Positions 25,574 to 27,211 of a stretch of 27,211 nucleotides of DNA are shown piece after piece (the stretch's first letter is position 1; each line of letters begins with the position of its first letter). The position numbers and the translations under genes were made by a program. This stretch comes from a virus (Duplodnaviria > Caudoviricetes): positions 1 through 27,211 of the IMG/VR virus record IMGVR_UViG_3300030118_002438. One strand, written 5' to 3'. Under the pieces are notes generated by a model. That model did no database searches, was not told where the DNA came from, and saw only the letters and a program-made list of their open reading frames with translations.

Positions 25574-25766
25574 GTGTCTTGTTCTCCCATATTATATATA
25601 TACACACACGCACGCAGCATTTTTGGGGTATCGCAAAAAAAAATTTTGCAAAATCTGGCTGCATTTTTGACTTTTTTGTAGCAGCGTTCTTATAATATAA
25701 ATTATGCAACAAATAATTCTATATTTATCAAGGTTTTTTGTTCTGCGACATTCTTGACTACTATAT

Positions 25767-26216
25767 CTAGTGGGTGCTTTTGTTTGCATTTTGTTCTTTT
25801 TGCTCCGAACTTCTTGTCGTGCGTGCGAGATCGTTCGGTTTATCTTCTGTGCTGGCATCATCTTGCCAGATTACCTTGATAATTGGATCTCCTTCATTCA
25901 CTACTGTTTGCTTATCACCGAAAGTTGAGATCAACTTAGCTGCCATCCATCGTGCATGATGCAGCCTTTCACGATACCATTGTACTTTCTGTGGCTCTAC
26001 TTCTTGTTCCAATAGGTCTTGCATCTTATCAAGCCAGACCATTGTACCAATCCTTCTGGCATCAAGTACCTGGTCTTTAAACTTCTGGTCATCCTTCATC
26101 CATTGGTGAACCTGGGTAAGACCAGGCATTGCTTTATCAACACAAATACTTGTTAAGCTGTTACCGAGCTGCAGCTTCTGAATGATCTTGTCGTATGTAG
26201 CTTTTGATTTCTTCAT
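25767..26216 (-). CDS. terS: Terminase small subunit (Sf6/P22-like HTH type)
   Basis: GNSLTSICVDKAMPGLTQVHQW...FKDQVLDARR HTH and ARWMAAKL...FGDK motifs; upstream of terL. Confidence 0.8.
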   Translation of the reverse strand: MKKSKATYDKIIQKLQLGNSLTSICVDKAMPGLTQVHQWMKDDQKFKDQVLDARRIGTMVWLDKMQDLLEQEVEPQKVQWYRERLHHARWMAAKLISTFGDKQTVVNEGDPIIKVIWQDDASTEDKPNDLARTTRSSEQKEQNANKSTH

Positions 26217-26415
26217 CTGTTTTACCTCTGAACTGTACTAAATTCTTATACGCTTTTATTTTCCCTTCAAATGAGGTAGCTCCAGTAGATTTACCGCCAT
26301 GATAACGACAGATCCAACGACCATTTTTACACAAAATACCTTTAGCCTGGCATTGTTTCCCATCGTATTTTCTTCTGGCTTGGCAAAAAACCTTTTTACT
26401 TGGTCTACCTACCAT
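26161..26415 (-). CDS. HGGxSTG-motif Cys/His protein
   Basis: CQARRKYDGKQCQ...NGRWICRYHGGKSTG..S.EGK; overlaps the terS start. Confidence 0.8.
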   Translation of the reverse strand: MVGRPSKKVFCQARRKYDGKQCQAKGILCKNGRWICRYHGGKSTGATSFEGKIKAYKNLVQFRGKTDEEIKSYIRQDHSEAAAR

Positions 26416-27031
26416 TTTTTTTATATTCCCGAATGATACCTAAATGCTTGGCAATTGCTATAGCTTTATTTTTGGTTGATGGGTTGTCGTAAAGTTTTCG
26501 CCAGGCTTTAGTTTTATTGTAGTCATCAGTCTTACGCATCATTCGAGCTTCAATGCTATCTGGGTGATTATATGGTTTTTTATTACCATCAACTACAGCT
26601 CTGTAGTTTGGGTTCATGTTCTTTGTAATGCTGCCTAATATATTTTTTACTTTATCATCCATAGTTAATTCATTAGTTAATTCATTAGTTAATTGGTGTG
26701 TCTTGTGTGTCGGGTAAAAACGACCAGCTTGTCGGGTATTAACGACAAGATTGTCGGGTGATATATCGTAATTAATTTTATATTCTGATGCTCTGCCTGG
26801 ATAACCTTTTTTAATTTTTGATATATAATCATAATCAATCAATAGTTTTATAGATCTTTGAACAGATCTAATATGCAATCCAGTATCATCAGCTAGCCTG
26901 GCATGGCTAGGAAATAATTTTTTAGTTATGTTATTTTCTCTATCAAGTAAGAAAAAATAAACACACCTAGCAGCACTATCTATTCTTTGATCCTTGTGTA
27001 TTTTCTTTAACAGTTTCCATTTGTTTTTCAT
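26405..27031 (-). CDS. Replication initiator-like winged-HTH protein
   Basis: ARCVYFFL...LFPSHARLADDTGLHIRSVQRSIKLLIDYDYI...ASEY is an HTH_36-type N-terminus; iteron-like repeats lie within the linker-coding DNA, as in lambda O-type initiators. Confidence 0.75.
   Translation of the reverse strand: MKNKWKLLKKIHKDQRIDSAARCVYFFLLDRENNITKKLFPSHARLADDTGLHIRSVQRSIKLLIDYDYISKIKKGYPGRASEYKINYDISPDNLVVNTRQAGRFYPTHKTHQLTNELTNELTMDDKVKNILGSITKNMNPNYRAVVDGNKKPYNHPDSIEARMMRKTDDYNKTKAWRKLYDNPSTKNKAIAIAKHLGIIREYKKNGR
26662..26759. repeat. Putative replication origin: 12-bp AT-rich tandem repeats plus 22-bp-period iterons
   Basis: TAGTTAATTCAT at 26662 and 26674 with a partial copy at 26686; TGTCGGGT at 26708, 26730 and 26752, with CGAC at 26721 and 26743. 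Confidence 0.75.
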
Positions 27032-27209
27032 AAATGTTGTATTCTATCCTCTCACACCTGGAGAGCCAGGATTTATAAATACTGTGCCTTCTGCCAGTAT
27101 CAGTAATCCTATTTTTCTCTATAACCAGGTCGGCAGCTACCACATAATAATCTTTAGTTTCATCAATAATCCAACCGCAGCTCTTGCAGCTGGCTAGTCC
27201 GATATGACT
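26976..27209 (-). CDS. Hypothetical protein (5'-truncated by window edge)
   Basis: Hand translation ...SHIGLASCKSCGWIIDETKDYYVVAADLVIEKNRITDTGRRHSIYKSWLSRCERIEYNIYEKQMETVKENTQGSKNR*; open from the edge, same strand as all other genes. Confidence 0.6.
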   Translation of the reverse strand, partial: SHIGLASCKSCGWIIDETKDYYVVAADLVIEKNRITDTGRRHSIYKSWLSRCERIEYNIYEKQMETVKENTQGSKNR

Positions 27210-27211
27210 CT

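Noticed and set aside
25592-25861. 89-aa ORF from the track
   Set aside because: Overlaps the terS 3' end and runs through simple-sequence DNA (ending CVCVYI); more likely non-coding.
26662-26759. Mini CRISPR array
   Set aside because: Repeats are only 8-12 bp with 12- or 22-bp periods, have no unique spacers of CRISPR length and lie within a CDS; better explained as iterons.
1904-27197. All plus-strand ORFs in the track (e.g. 5668..6084, 16426..16860, 18382..18717, 18953..19225, 26994..27197)
   Set aside because: Each is antisense to a well-supported minus-strand gene and has no recognisable motif.

Overview
AT-rich (roughly one-third GC by eye) segment of a tailed dsDNA podophage. Its gene content resembles marine HTVC010P-type pelagiphages and the BPP-1/T7-like morphogenesis module; the host cannot be determined from sequence. 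All credible genes lie on the minus strand and are tightly packed or overlapping. In transcription order (right to left): a partial small ORF, an HTH replication initiator containing an iteron/AT-rich origin, an HGGxSTG protein, TerS, a small ORF, TerL, two small virion proteins, portal, a Bbp19-like protein, scaffold, major capsid, a capsid-associated protein, six tiny basic proteins (four missed by the ORF track), tail tubular A and B, a GNAT-like protein, ejection proteins, a stand-alone pesticin-type muramidase, a 1192-aa putative ejection protein with ParB-like and zeta-toxin-like kinase domains, an 850-aa internal protein, a tail fibre, a modular receptor-binding/chaperone island and a partial secreted Cys-containing protein. 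The most notable observations are the ParB plus zeta-kinase cargo protein beside the muramidase, a mirror-symmetric two-hairpin RNA leader before the capsid gene, the basic micro-protein cluster containing an apparently split gene family, and strong CCWGG/AGCT enrichment in the core that is absent from the tail island. Family assignments come from motif recognition and synteny, not database searches. No rRNA, tRNA, CRISPR array, integrase or reverse transcriptase was recognised.
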